Below are positions 63,751 through 63,906 of a stretch of DNA of 63,906 nucleotides, in pieces; position 1 is the first letter of the stretch; each line of letters starts with the position of its first letter. The notes under the pieces are model-generated. The model was not told where the DNA came from, searched no databases, and saw only the letters and a list, made by a program, of their open reading frames with translations. Source of the DNA: Negaprion brevirostris (Eukaryota); assembly GCA_030324005.1 (NCBI GenBank), contig JARDVH010000073.1, positions 50,407,144 to 50,471,049 of the forward strand, given 5' to 3'. A program made the translations under genes and the position numbers.

Positions 63751-63906
63751 TGATCAGAAAGTGTGCTGGAAGAATAATTATAATATTGAACCTGCACATG
63801 AGACCTCACCACAATGAAGAGCAGAATTTTCTCATGCACCCCTCAATCTCCCATGTGTTTTGCGGTCCATCAGGAAACCCATGGCAAACGTTTGCCGTTG
63901 GCAGGA

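Overview
Eukaryotic (vertebrate) draft-assembly DNA with many N gaps. The repeat content (HE1/V-SINEs, Deu-domain SacSINE1/AmnSINE1-like SINEs, CR1, L2, Rex1, RTE and palindromic Penelope-like pieces) points to a cartilaginous fish, probably a shark; family names come from recalled consensus sequences, not a database search. Most of the window is intronic or intergenic and repeat-rich. Nearly all ORFs in the track are spurious, gap-spanning or retroelement remnants, and I recognise no named protein-coding gene. On the minus strand there are two candidate spliced transcription units. (1) Exons at 48649-48729 and 35685-35818 and a terminal exon starting at 26674, with a ~4.7 kb repeat-poor 3'UTR ending at an AATAAA at 21960-21965. 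(2) A speculative 4-exon, ~121-aa signal-peptide/TM protein (8397 to 373), whose second exon also has a recursive-splice-site signature. Other notable items: a near-perfect 70-nt hairpin (39496-39565), a LINE-like element with a tandem-monomer ETS/TATA promoter, nested SINE insertions, a 29-bp minisatellite with a CpG gradient, RFX X-boxes and enhancer-like blocks. Repeat boundaries are approximate. I cannot establish a new biological system from sequence alone.
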